This document shows positions 24,147 to 32,000 of a stretch of DNA of 32,000 bases, one piece after another. Within the stretch, counting starts at the first letter, position 1; every line of letters starts with the position of its first letter. Both the position numbers and the translations under genes were made by a program. Source of the DNA: Scopulibacillus darangshiensis (GTDB lineage: Bacteria; Bacillota; Bacilli; Bacillales; Sporolactobacillaceae); contig NZ_SLXK01000047.1 of assembly GCF_004341035.1 (NCBI RefSeq), forward strand, positions 1,210-33,209, in the 5' to 3' direction. A model generated the notes under the pieces. That model was not told the DNA's origin, did no database searches, and saw nothing but the letters and a program-made list of their open reading frames with translations.

Positions 24147-24364
24147 ATAAATATCCCGCCTTAAAATGACAAAAAGCACGCCTGAAATGGTACTGTGGTG
24201 CTTTTTCGGTTTACGTTACCATAATTATATATTTCATCCAAACGATTTAGGATTCAATCGCCTTGATGAACGACCTCACGCACTACTTTTTATCGGCTTT
24301 GGGTTTTCATCTATTTTCCCTAAAGGTTTTCCGCGAGTCGACCTTTTATGATTTCCTAAGCAGA

Positions 24365-24394
24365 GGAAAAAAGGGCCAAATATACCCTTTTATT
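24365..24394 (-). terminator. Probable terminator of the nucleotidase gene
   Basis: An AAAAGGG-N9-CCCTTTT stem with flanking T-run, directly after the stop at 24399. Confidence 0.45.
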
Positions 24395-24398
24395 TATT

Positions 24399-25973
24399 CT
24401 AATAAATTACTTTCCAGTTTTGATCAACGGTCGCTTTGACAACTTTTTTCTCTAAGATATAATTTGCGATCAGTTCTGAGACATCAATTGGAATATCCTT
24501 GATCACCGGCTTATCTTTATACATTAAATACTCTCCGCCGCCCCCGGAGCGGTAGTTATTCATAACAACATCATATTCCTTGTCCATTGCGAGCGGTGCA
24601 CCTTGGTAATCAAGCTTTACAATCCGCTCACCCGCCGGCTTGGAAATATCTATTAAGTAATCAATGCCCTCCCACATATCATAATTATAATGCTGAGGCT
24701 TCGGTGTGGTAAAAGAAGGGCTCACTTCAATGCCCCCGCCATCATACTGCTTGAAATAGGATGCTGAGCGCTCAAGGGCATCCTTAATATCCTGACCTGA
24801 GATACGGATGACCTTTAAGGTGTTGGGATATATATAATTTGACACCACATCGCGCATGGTTACATGCTCCGGGAATCCACGTGAATGGTTATCAAAGAGC
24901 GCTGTATTGGAAATAGCCACTCCAGCTGTTTCCATTTGGACGCGATTAATAAACTCAATCAAAGGGTTATCTTCGATTCGAATCGCCATGGGGTCCTTTA
25001 CAGCCATATCGCCTTCAATTTTGCCGATCGGCTGGTCCAGCCATTTTTGCGTCCCCTCTTCATACACTTTCACTTTTTCCAATAGATTGCAATCAGCCTC
25101 TACATCGTTGACAGACAATAGTTCCGAGGACTTACTGACAATTTCCCAGCCATGCGTCCTCTTTACGATATCTAGGCTGACTTTTCCTACCGCGATGCCG
25201 TTGTTTCCCGGCTGGACGACGATCACGCCATTGATCACCTTATCGGCAATTTGCCTGTGCTGGTGCCCTGTCAACAGCACATCAATGCCACTTACTTCTT
25301 GACAGAGCTGATAACCCTGATTCTCGCCTGTCAGCGTTTCTGTAGCATCACCAGTATTAAGATCCCGTTCAAATCCGCCATGGTAGGCGACAACAACAAT
25401 ATCAGCCTTCTCTTCTTCGCGCAAATACTTAACCCACTTTTTGGCCGAAACAACTGCATCTTCAAATACCATGCCATCCAGGTGCTCAGGCTTCTCCCAA
25501 TTCGGTATGTAATGTGTCGTTAATCCAAGAACACCAACTCTTAAGCCATTTGCAAAAGCCTTCACAATATACGGCTTACCGTAAAAAGGTGTTCGCGTGT
25601 CCTCTTCCAAAATATTTGCTGACAGCCACGGGAATGACGATTCCTTTACAGCTTTTAATAAAACCTCCTGGCCATAATTAAACTCGTGGTTCCCAAAAAC
25701 AGCGGCATCATAATGCAAATCGTTCGCCAGAAGCACCATGGGATTGTCCCGCTTTTGGTCTATCCGGGCATAATGATACATTAAAGGTGTACCTTGAATC
25801 ATATCTCCGTTATCAATCAGCATAACATGATCATAGAGGTCCCTCTCCCTCTTAATAAGCGCTGCCGCTTTTCCCATGCCAACATCCGCTTTGCCGTTCG
25901 TCCCATAGTTAATCGGATAGATATTGCCATGGACATCGGAAGTTTCCAAAATAATAAGTTTCATTTTTTCCAT
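24399..25973 (-). CDS. Bifunctional metallophosphatase / 5'-nucleotidase (UshA/CpdB family), no signal peptide
   Basis: Metallophosphoesterase motifs DVHGN, GDMIQG, GNHEFN and GHQH, plus a C-terminal 5'-nucleotidase domain. Start chosen at MEKMKLII (SD AAAGGG 8 nt upstream). Starts at 26003 or 25964 are possible alternatives. Confidence 0.85.
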   Translation of the reverse strand: MEKMKLIILETSDVHGNIYPINYGTNGKADVGMGKAAALIKRERDLYDHVMLIDNGDMIQGTPLMYHYARIDQKRDNPMVLLANDLHYDAAVFGNHEFNYGQEVLLKAVKESSFPWLSANILEEDTRTPFYGKPYIVKAFANGLRVGVLGLTTHYIPNWEKPEHLDGMVFEDAVVSAKKWVKYLREEEKADIVVVAYHGGFERDLNTGDATETLTGENQGYQLCQEVSGIDVLLTGHQHRQIADKVINGVIVVQPGNNGIAVGKVSLDIVKRTHGWEIVSKSSELLSVNDVEADCNLLEKVKVYEEGTQKWLDQPIGKIEGDMAVKDPMAIRIEDNPLIEFINRVQMETAGVAISNTALFDNHSRGFPEHVTMRDVVSNYIYPNTLKVIRISGQDIKDALERSASYFKQYDGGGIEVSPSFTTPKPQHYNYDMWEGIDYLIDISKPAGERIVKLDYQGAPLAMDKEYDVVMNNYRSGGGGEYLMYKDKPVIKDIPIDVSELIANYILEKKVVKATVDQNWKVIY

Positions 25974-26007
25974 CAATTCAACCCTTTCAATTCTTTCATA
26001 CATTTAT

Positions 26008-26084
26008 TTTACCAGGTCAATCAAATGGGTTTACAAAATAATGACACAAGTTTAAAAAATGGACATTTATTTATTTTTTATAAT
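26008..26084 (+). promoter_or_regulatory. Candidate PhoP-type Pho box array plus -10 element
   Basis: Hexamers TTTACC, AATCAA, TTTACA, ATGACA and TTAAAA start at 26008, 26019, 26030, 26041 and 26052, an exact 11-bp phasing. TATAAT is at 26079-26084 and there is no canonical -35. Confidence 0.3.
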
Positions 26085-26134
26085 GTTATATGATTAAAGT
26101 GGAATCTTCAAAATACTTTTATGGGGGTATCTTT

Positions 26135-27073
26135 ATGATTAAAAAGCTTGTTGCATTATTTGCAACCCTGGGCTTGGCTATTGGCCTTCTTGCAGGTTGT
26201 GGAAGCGATAGCAAAAGCTCAAGCGGGGACAAAAAAGACGCATATGTTCCTAAAGAGCTCAACATTGGATTCGTTCCATCTCAAAATGCCGAAACACTAG
26301 AGGCAAAAGCAAAGCCACTTGCAAAGCTGCTTGAAAAAAAACTCGATATTCCTGTTAAAGTAACAGTAACAACTAATTATAATGGTGTGGTTGAAGCAAT
26401 GGGCTCAAAACAGCTTGATCTCGGGTTTTTACCGCCGACTGACTATGTTATGGCCCATAAGAAAGGCTACGCAGATGTCCTTCTTCAGGCACAACGTTAT
26501 GGTGTTAACCCTAAGGACGGCACTAATACAGATGAAAAAGTAGATTACTATTATGCAGGCATTCTTGTTAAAAATGACTCAGGAATAAAAAGTCTTAAAG
26601 ATTTAAAAGGCAAAACAATCGGCTGGCAATCACCAACATCATCTGCTGGTTATGTATGGCCTGCAGTTGAAATGAAAAAGCATGGCATTGACGCGCAAAA
26701 GGATGTTCAAGGTGTTCAGCTTCAAGGCCATGACAAAGGCGTCACAGCGCTTCTTAACGGTGACGTTGATGCGGCTGCCGTCTTTATCGATGCACGTAAC
26801 ATCGTTAAAGGCGAATATCCTGATGTCTTCAAAAAGACGCACTACCTCTATACAACAGAGAAAATTCCTAATGACACGATCAGTGTCCGCCCGGATATGT
26901 CAGATAAGTGGAAAGAAAAGATCGCCAATGCCTTTATTGATATCGGCAAAGACCCTAAAGGCCAAAAAATCATCGAAGCCATTTATACTCATGTCGGCTA
27001 TGTTAAATCAAATGACTCTAAATTCGACAAAGTGCGTGAATACAGCAAAAAGGTTCAAGAAATTGGGAAGTAA
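26135..27073 (+). CDS. PhnD-family phosphate/phosphonate-type ABC substrate-binding lipoprotein (orphan)
   Basis: Start moved to MIKKLVALF (SD GGGGGT). Lipobox LLAGC. The body is PhnD-like (NIGFVPSQNAE, GFLPP.DY, VRPD). No cognate permease or ATPase gene is adjacent. Confidence 0.7.
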   Translation: MIKKLVALFATLGLAIGLLAGCGSDSKSSSGDKKDAYVPKELNIGFVPSQNAETLEAKAKPLAKLLEKKLDIPVKVTVTTNYNGVVEAMGSKQLDLGFLPPTDYVMAHKKGYADVLLQAQRYGVNPKDGTNTDEKVDYYYAGILVKNDSGIKSLKDLKGKTIGWQSPTSSAGYVWPAVEMKKHGIDAQKDVQGVQLQGHDKGVTALLNGDVDAAAVFIDARNIVKGEYPDVFKKTHYLYTTEKIPNDTISVRPDMSDKWKEKIANAFIDIGKDPKGQKIIEAIYTHVGYVKSNDSKFDKVREYSKKVQEIGK

Positions 27074-27088
27074 AATACTTATTAGGAA

Positions 27089-27117
27089 TGGGGCAGTCAA
27101 CTGACTGTCCCTTTTTA
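27089..27117. terminator. Bidirectional terminator between the PhnD-like gene and the convergent gene
   Basis: GGGGCAGTCA-ac-TGACTGTCCC followed by T5. Confidence 0.8.
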
Positions 27118-27121
27118 ATTT

Positions 27122-27892
27122 TCAATCCTCCCGTGTAAATGTCACTGTCCTGCTCTTTATCGGCGTCATCCGATAAGCTTTGGCAATACCAATCTCCTTA
27201 ATTAATTCCTTTTTTACCTTTCTTAATGGTAACTGAACGGTAAGATGATCTGAAAATGGAAAATGAGATAAGGTCACCCTCTCCCTTTTCAGCCAGTTCG
27301 GAACGATCTTTTCATTATCAAAAAAGTTAAACCGTTCATTAAAGCCTTTTGCAAACCACCCTGTATTCTCAAGCGCTGTCATGGGCTCATTCATACAAAT
27401 AAATAGTGATAAATTATCACAGAACCCTAGTAATTTCCTATGTTCTTTAATCATGTCCTGTGACTGTTTGCCAGACAGATTAAATTCGGACATTAGTTTT
27501 TGCTGGCGTTCTGTTTCTTCGTGCACAAAAGACTTTACAGCCTCGTCATCATTCCCCTCCATCAAATGGGTATAGTGCAGGCTGCAAAGCAGTCCTGCAT
27601 AGGGATTTTGGCATGTTGTTTCATCAATGCCTTTTTTATAAAAAACAATCCGCAGCGAGAGCGGATAATCCATAAAAGAATAAGGCTCTCCCAGCTCATC
27701 ATTCCAAATCGGCGTGTCATCCATAGCAAGCCAGCTGCGGTCATGCTCGGACACCGCATATTCAACATCCTCTCTCCGGTCTTTGCCAAGAAAGAGATCT
27801 TCCCGCCATGCATTGGCAAAGCCACCTGACACCCTGCCGTGATCATCCTGTGCGATCATGACGAAATCATCCTCACGTTCATAGATAATCAA
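27122..27892 (-). CDS. Hypothetical protein, possibly DUF3891 family
   Basis: Start moved to TTG giving MIIYEREDDFVMIAQDDHGRVSG (SD AAAGGG 8 nt upstream). The family assignment is from memory of DUF3891 N-termini only. Confidence 0.55.
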   Translation of the reverse strand: MIIYEREDDFVMIAQDDHGRVSGGFANAWREDLFLGKDRREDVEYAVSEHDRSWLAMDDTPIWNDELGEPYSFMDYPLSLRIVFYKKGIDETTCQNPYAGLLCSLHYTHLMEGNDDEAVKSFVHEETERQQKLMSEFNLSGKQSQDMIKEHRKLLGFCDNLSLFICMNEPMTALENTGWFAKGFNERFNFFDNEKIVPNWLKRERVTLSHFPFSDHLTVQLPLRKVKKELIKEIGIAKAYRMTPIKSRTVTFTRED

Positions 27893-28093
27893 TAGTGACA
27901 CCCTTTCCCTTCCCAATTTCTAATGCTATACCCTATATTTGCCCCCCATTATACCTTTTCATTAAATGTCATCACCTTTTAAATTTTCAAAAACAAGCAG
28001 GGAATCCGGCCTTAAGTGCGAACTTTTAAAGAGTAGTATAAAGTCACCTTTAGCAATACACATCTATTAATCAAAGATCAGGGGGAATCGTTG

Positions 28094-29095
28094 ATGCGAT
28101 CATGGAAGGTCATTACAGGTGTTTTGTTAGTCTTGATGCTTGCTCTCGCGGGCTGCGGCACATCGGATAAAACATCAGGGAAAAAAACGGATGGTTCAAA
28201 GGATGAAGGCAAAACGTATAAAATTGGCATTAACCAATATGTCCAGCACCCTTCTCTTGATGCAGCAACAAAAGGCTTTAAAGCCGCCATTAAAGACAGC
28301 GGTTTAAAGGTAAAATATGATGTCCAAAATTCGCAAGGAAATATGAACAATGCCCAAACCATTGCTAAGAACCTGGTTGGTGAAAATGTCGATCTTATTT
28401 TTGCCAATGCAACGCCGAGCGCACAAGCATCATTAAATGCGACGAACAATATCCCTATCATCTTCACCTCAGTTACCGATCCTTTAGGGGCAAAGCTTGT
28501 CAAAAGCATGGATAAACCCGGCGGCAACATCAGCGGCACAACGGACACGCACCCAGATGCGATCCCTAACACAGTGAAATTTATCGATGAGGAAACAGAT
28601 GCGAAGACGGTCGGGCTCATTTATAACAAAGGCGAGCAAAATTCCGTAGCCCAGATAAAAGCTGTCAAGGATGCCATGAAAGGCACCGACTTAACTACGG
28701 TTGAAGCAGGCGTGGCGACATCTGCGGATGTGAAGCAAGCAGCGGAATCCCTCGTCGGACGCGCTGATGTTTTCTATGTCATAACAGATAATACCGTTGT
28801 TTCTGCGTTGGAATCTGTGATCAGCGTTGCTGACAGTAAAGACATCCCCCTCTTTGTAGGAGAACTGGATTCCGTCAAACGGGGCGGTTTTGCGGCTTAC
28901 GGCTTTGATTACTATGATATTGGCTATGAAGCGGGCGTTATGGCTGTTAAAGTTTTGAAAGGCGAAAAGAAAATCTCTGAGATGCCTGTCCAATATCCGC
29001 AAAAGTTAAAGCTTGTGATTAACAAAAAGGCCGCTAAGAAAATGGGTATTAAAATTAAACCAGAATGGGATAAAAAAGCGGAATTCATCGAATAA
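28094..29095 (+). CDS. ABC transporter substrate-binding lipoprotein, COG2984 / PF04392 type (copy 1)
   Basis: Lipobox LALAGC. KIGINQYVQHPSLD and ANATPSAQA blocks. SD GGGGGA lies upstream. Confidence 0.85.
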   Translation: MRSWKVITGVLLVLMLALAGCGTSDKTSGKKTDGSKDEGKTYKIGINQYVQHPSLDAATKGFKAAIKDSGLKVKYDVQNSQGNMNNAQTIAKNLVGENVDLIFANATPSAQASLNATNNIPIIFTSVTDPLGAKLVKSMDKPGGNISGTTDTHPDAIPNTVKFIDEETDAKTVGLIYNKGEQNSVAQIKAVKDAMKGTDLTTVEAGVATSADVKQAAESLVGRADVFYVITDNTVVSALESVISVADSKDIPLFVGELDSVKRGGFAAYGFDYYDIGYEAGVMAVKVLKGEKKISEMPVQYPQKLKLVINKKAAKKMGIKIKPEWDKKAEFIE

Positions 29096-29128
29096 CGACC
29101 CATTTTTTAAAAGAAAGGAGCCCCAGAT

Positions 29129-30130
29129 TTGAAGAAACAGACATGGAAGAGTTTAACGATATCGCTGCTCGTTATGATCGTTGTCCTCGCTGGATGCGGA
29201 AAATCCTCAGAAGAATCAAGCGGTGATAACAAAGCCGCTAAAGGGAAAATATTCAAAATCGGCATAAACCAATATGTTGAACACCCTTCTTTGGATGAAG
29301 CGACAGTAGGATTTAAAGAAGCGATCAAAGAAAACGGTCTGAAAGTTGACTATGATGAACAAAATGCTCAGGGTGACACGAACAGTGTCCAAACGATGGC
29401 CAAGAAAATGGTTAGTGAAAACGTCGATCTTATTTTTGCTAATGCAACGCCGAGTGCACAGGCCTCTCTAAACGCGACCAGTGACATCCCGATTATTTTC
29501 GCCTCGGTTGCAGACCCAGTTGGGGCGAAGCTAGTAAAAAGCATGGATCATACGGGACCGAATATTACAGGTACAACACACACTAATCCACATGCAATTC
29601 CAAAGACAGTGGCTTTCATTGATGAACAGACCGATGCAAAAACGGTCGGCTTAATTTATAACAAAGGTGAAATCAATGCCGTATCACAGGTTAATAGTGT
29701 CAAAGCGGCGATGAAAGGGACTGACTTGTTGCCCGTCGAAGCGACGGTCACAACATCAGCGGAAGTCAAGCAAGCGGCACAATCGCTTGTTGGACGGGCC
29801 GACGTCTTTTATATTGTAACGGATAACACAGTTGTGTCCGCTTTGGAATCTGTCATCGGCGTCGCCCGGAATAAGAACATCCCGCTCTTTGTAGGAGAAT
29901 TGGACTCGGTAAAACGCGGCGGCTTCGCTGCATATGGCTTCGATTTCCGTGAGGTTGGCTATGAAGCAGGCAAGATGGCCGTGAAGGTTCTTAAAGGCGA
30001 AAAGAAACCATCAGAACTTCCTGTACAATATCCGAAAGATTTAAGACTCGTCATTAATAAAAAGGCCGCTAAAGAAATGGGCGTTAAAATCAAACCAGAG
30101 TGGGAAAAAGAGGCAGATTTTATTAAATAA
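29129..30130 (+). CDS. ABC transporter substrate-binding lipoprotein, COG2984 / PF04392 type (copy 2)
   Basis: TTG start with SD AAAGGAG 8 nt upstream. Lipobox VLAGC. Collinear with copy 1 and highly similar to it. Confidence 0.85.
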   Translation: MKKQTWKSLTISLLVMIVVLAGCGKSSEESSGDNKAAKGKIFKIGINQYVEHPSLDEATVGFKEAIKENGLKVDYDEQNAQGDTNSVQTMAKKMVSENVDLIFANATPSAQASLNATSDIPIIFASVADPVGAKLVKSMDHTGPNITGTTHTNPHAIPKTVAFIDEQTDAKTVGLIYNKGEINAVSQVNSVKAAMKGTDLLPVEATVTTSAEVKQAAQSLVGRADVFYIVTDNTVVSALESVIGVARNKNIPLFVGELDSVKRGGFAAYGFDFREVGYEAGKMAVKVLKGEKKPSELPVQYPKDLRLVINKKAAKEMGVKIKPEWEKEADFIK

Positions 30131-30208
30131 ATTATTGGGACTCGGGGGAGTAAACAACTCCCCTTGTGCCCCTTAATATGCAACTTTGCGAAGGAAGGAG
30201 CTATACAT

Positions 30209-31219
30209 ATGTTTGCAAGCTTGTTCGGTGCTGTGGAATCCGGCATTATATATGCGATTATGGCTCTAGGAGTCTACCTGTCTTTTAGAATTTTAGACTT
30301 TCCTGATCTTACTGTAGACGGCAGCTTTGTTACAGGAGCAGGGACGGCTGCCATTCTCATTGTTCATGGCCAGAATCCATTTTTGGCAACCATCGCAGGC
30401 GGTCTAGCTGGATTCATCGCCGGTTGTATTACCGGCATCCTTCATACTAAAGGAAAAATCAACCCTTTACTATCCGGTATTCTTATGATGATTGCACTTT
30501 ATTCCGTTAATTTAAGAATTATGGATCAAAAGCCCAATGTCCCGCTGCTGGGACAGGAAACGTCTTTTTCAATGATGACATCATTCTGGCAGAAGCTAGG
30601 GTTGGATGCGCCTTTCAATTCCTTTCTGGAAATGGTCGGGCTTGGTGACAGCTTGCCTAAGACCTGGGGCATTTTCTTTTTTATGATCATCGTTGTCATC
30701 CTAATTAAACTGATCACTGACTGGTTCCTCAAAACAGAAGTGGGTCTCGCTATAAGAGCCGTCGGCGATAACAAACGGATGATTCGCAGCCTGTCAGCTA
30801 ATACTGACAGATTAACGGTCTTGGGACTCGGCATTTCCAACGCCCTCGTTGCTTTTTCTGGTGCTCTAATTGCTCAATACGGGGCGTTCGCCGATGTCGG
30901 GATGGGGATTGGCATGATCATCATCGGGCTTGCTTCTGTTATTATCGGTGAAGCGCTGTTCGGGACCAAATCGATTGCAAGAGCAACCTTGGCGGTTATA
31001 CTCGGTGCTATTATTTATCGGGTCATTCTTGCCATTGCCCTTAGAATTGAGTTCCTTGATACAGGCGACATGAAGCTTATTACCGCAGTGATTGTTATTT
31101 TCTCCCTTGTCCTGCCTAAAGTCATCGAGGCTAATAAAGAAAAAAGAAGACGCGCAAAGAAACGGCAGGCATGGCAAAAGGCCGTCAAAGGAGAGGGTGA
31201 TGACATTGCTTCAACTTAA
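30209..31219 (+). CDS. ABC transporter permease (COG4120 / BPD_transp_2 type)
   Basis: Start moved to MFASLFGAVESG (SD GAAGGAG 7 nt upstream). About 8-10 transmembrane helices. Basic C-terminal tail. Confidence 0.85.
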   Translation: MFASLFGAVESGIIYAIMALGVYLSFRILDFPDLTVDGSFVTGAGTAAILIVHGQNPFLATIAGGLAGFIAGCITGILHTKGKINPLLSGILMMIALYSVNLRIMDQKPNVPLLGQETSFSMMTSFWQKLGLDAPFNSFLEMVGLGDSLPKTWGIFFFMIIVVILIKLITDWFLKTEVGLAIRAVGDNKRMIRSLSANTDRLTVLGLGISNALVAFSGALIAQYGAFADVGMGIGMIIIGLASVIIGEALFGTKSIARATLAVILGAIIYRVILAIALRIEFLDTGDMKLITAVIVIFSLVLPKVIEANKEKRRRAKKRQAWQKAVKGEGDDIAST

Positions 31220-32000
31220 ATCCATACACAAAGTATTTAACGAAGGGACAGTGGATGAAAAGATCGCTCTTTCGGACATTCAATTACTGCTTGAACCCGG
31301 GGACTTTGTCACTGTAATCGGCAGTAACGGCGCCGGGAAATCAACGCTGATGAACATTGTATCCGGCGTCCTGACACCCGATGTTGGCGAGGTAATCATC
31401 AATGCCAGAAATGTCTCCGGCCTGCCTGAATATAAGCGTTCTAAATTTATTGGCCGGGTCTTTCAGGATCCCATGGCGGGCACAGCGCCAACGATGACGA
31501 TTGAGGAAAATTTAGCGATGGCCTACTCCCGTGACAAAAAAAGGACAATGAAGAAAGGCGTCACTAAAGGTAAGCGTCAATTTTTCCGTGAAACATTAAA
31601 ATCATTGCATCTTGGGCTCGAGGACAGGCTGACAGCCAAAGTTGGCCTGCTATCCGGCGGCGAACGGCAGGCCTTGTCGCTTTTGATGGCTACATTTACC
31701 GAGCCGGATATCCTGCTGCTTGACGAGCACACAGCAGCCTTGGATCCATCCCGCGCGGCATTGATCACCACTTTGACCAAGGAGATTGTCGAAAAACACA
31801 ACCTGACTACTATGATGGTCACTCACAACATGCAGCAAGCCATCGATTTAGGCAACCGGCTGATCATGATGGATAAAGGGCAAATCATTCTCGATGTTGG
31901 AAAGGAAGATAAACAAAACTTGACAGTTGAGCAGCTGCTCGAGGAATTTCGAAGGATCCGAGGCGAGCAAATGGCCAGTGACCGTGCGGTGCTGTCTTAG
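31201..32000 (+). CDS. ABC transporter ATP-binding protein (COG1101 type)
   Basis: ATG overlaps the permease 3' end by 19 nt (SD AAAGGAG). Walker A GSNGAGKST, signature LSGGERQ, Walker B LLLDEHTAALD. The stop TAG occupies 31998-32000. Confidence 0.9.

Larger units (their letters stand above)
28094..30130 (+). repeat. Tandem duplication of substrate-binding protein genes
   Basis: Two adjacent ~1 kb paralogs with long near-identical blocks, for example VDLIFANATPSAQASLNAT and LFVGELDSVKRGGFAAYGFD. Confidence 0.9.

Noticed and set aside
27917-28093. Possible T-box or other riboswitch upstream of the COG2984-type transporter, some homologs of which are T-box regulated.
   Set aside because: The region is only ~175 nt and shows no specifier-loop or T-box (AGGGUGGNACCGCG-like) sequence and no terminator/antiterminator pair.
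28078-29328. 180-aa and 73-aa minus-strand ORFs (28078-28620 and 29107-29328) antisense to the binding-protein genes. Other antisense ORFs inside the permeases, recQ, the YeeE gene and the nucleotidase gene (for example 6924-7208, 8480-9304, 11081-11434, 15303-15674, 24856-25302 and 30526-31206) were considered in the same way.
   Set aside because: All lie fully within well-supported genes on the opposite strand or in another frame. They lack SD sequences and have odd, low-complexity composition. I treat them as frame shadows.
1-32000. Scan for CRISPR arrays, tRNA or rRNA genes, IS elements, integrases, toxin-antitoxin pairs or recognisable phage-defence genes.
   Set aside because: None seen. 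There are no spaced direct repeats, no transposase or integrase-like ORFs, and recQ has the full housekeeping RecQ architecture.

Overview
This 32 kb window is a chromosomal segment from an endospore-forming Bacillaceae-type Firmicute. It carries about 32 protein-coding genes and no rRNA, tRNA, CRISPR array, transposase or integrase. The left end (lipL-pta-hemQ-gerQ-DUF423) and ung at about 23.5 kb recall, from memory, the B. subtilis ywf/ywd neighbourhood. The roughly 19 kb between them is a mixed accessory block. It holds DUF1499 and TerC-family genes, a beta-hydroxyacid dehydrogenase, and two tandem LysP-like permeases, the first behind an L-box lysine riboswitch. It also holds recQ, a secreted M1 peptidase, a YeeE/YedE sulfur-transport protein, an Hsp20, a quinone oxidoreductase and an aldo-keto reductase. 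The right end carries a cytoplasmic metallophosphatase/nucleotidase, an orphan PhnD-like lipoprotein with Pho-box-like repeats upstream, and a COG2984/COG4120/COG1101-type ABC importer with duplicated binding proteins. The best candidate for an undescribed system is the two-gene operon at 18946-22210. It encodes an ATP-grasp ligase followed by a 656-aa protein I cannot place in any family. The C-terminal third of that protein has papain-like Gln-x5-Cys, His and Asn/Asp-Trp-Gly spacing, which suggests a ligase plus amidase or acyl-transferase pair. Other items worth a second look are a structured ~400 bp noncoding element that seems to sit inside a split terminator stem (14644-15059), a pair of short ORFs of which the second has no canonical start codon (17263-17656), and a possible unannotated 45-aa membrane peptide (5747-5884). 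All calls come from reading the sequence and ORF translations and from remembered family motifs. No database search was run.
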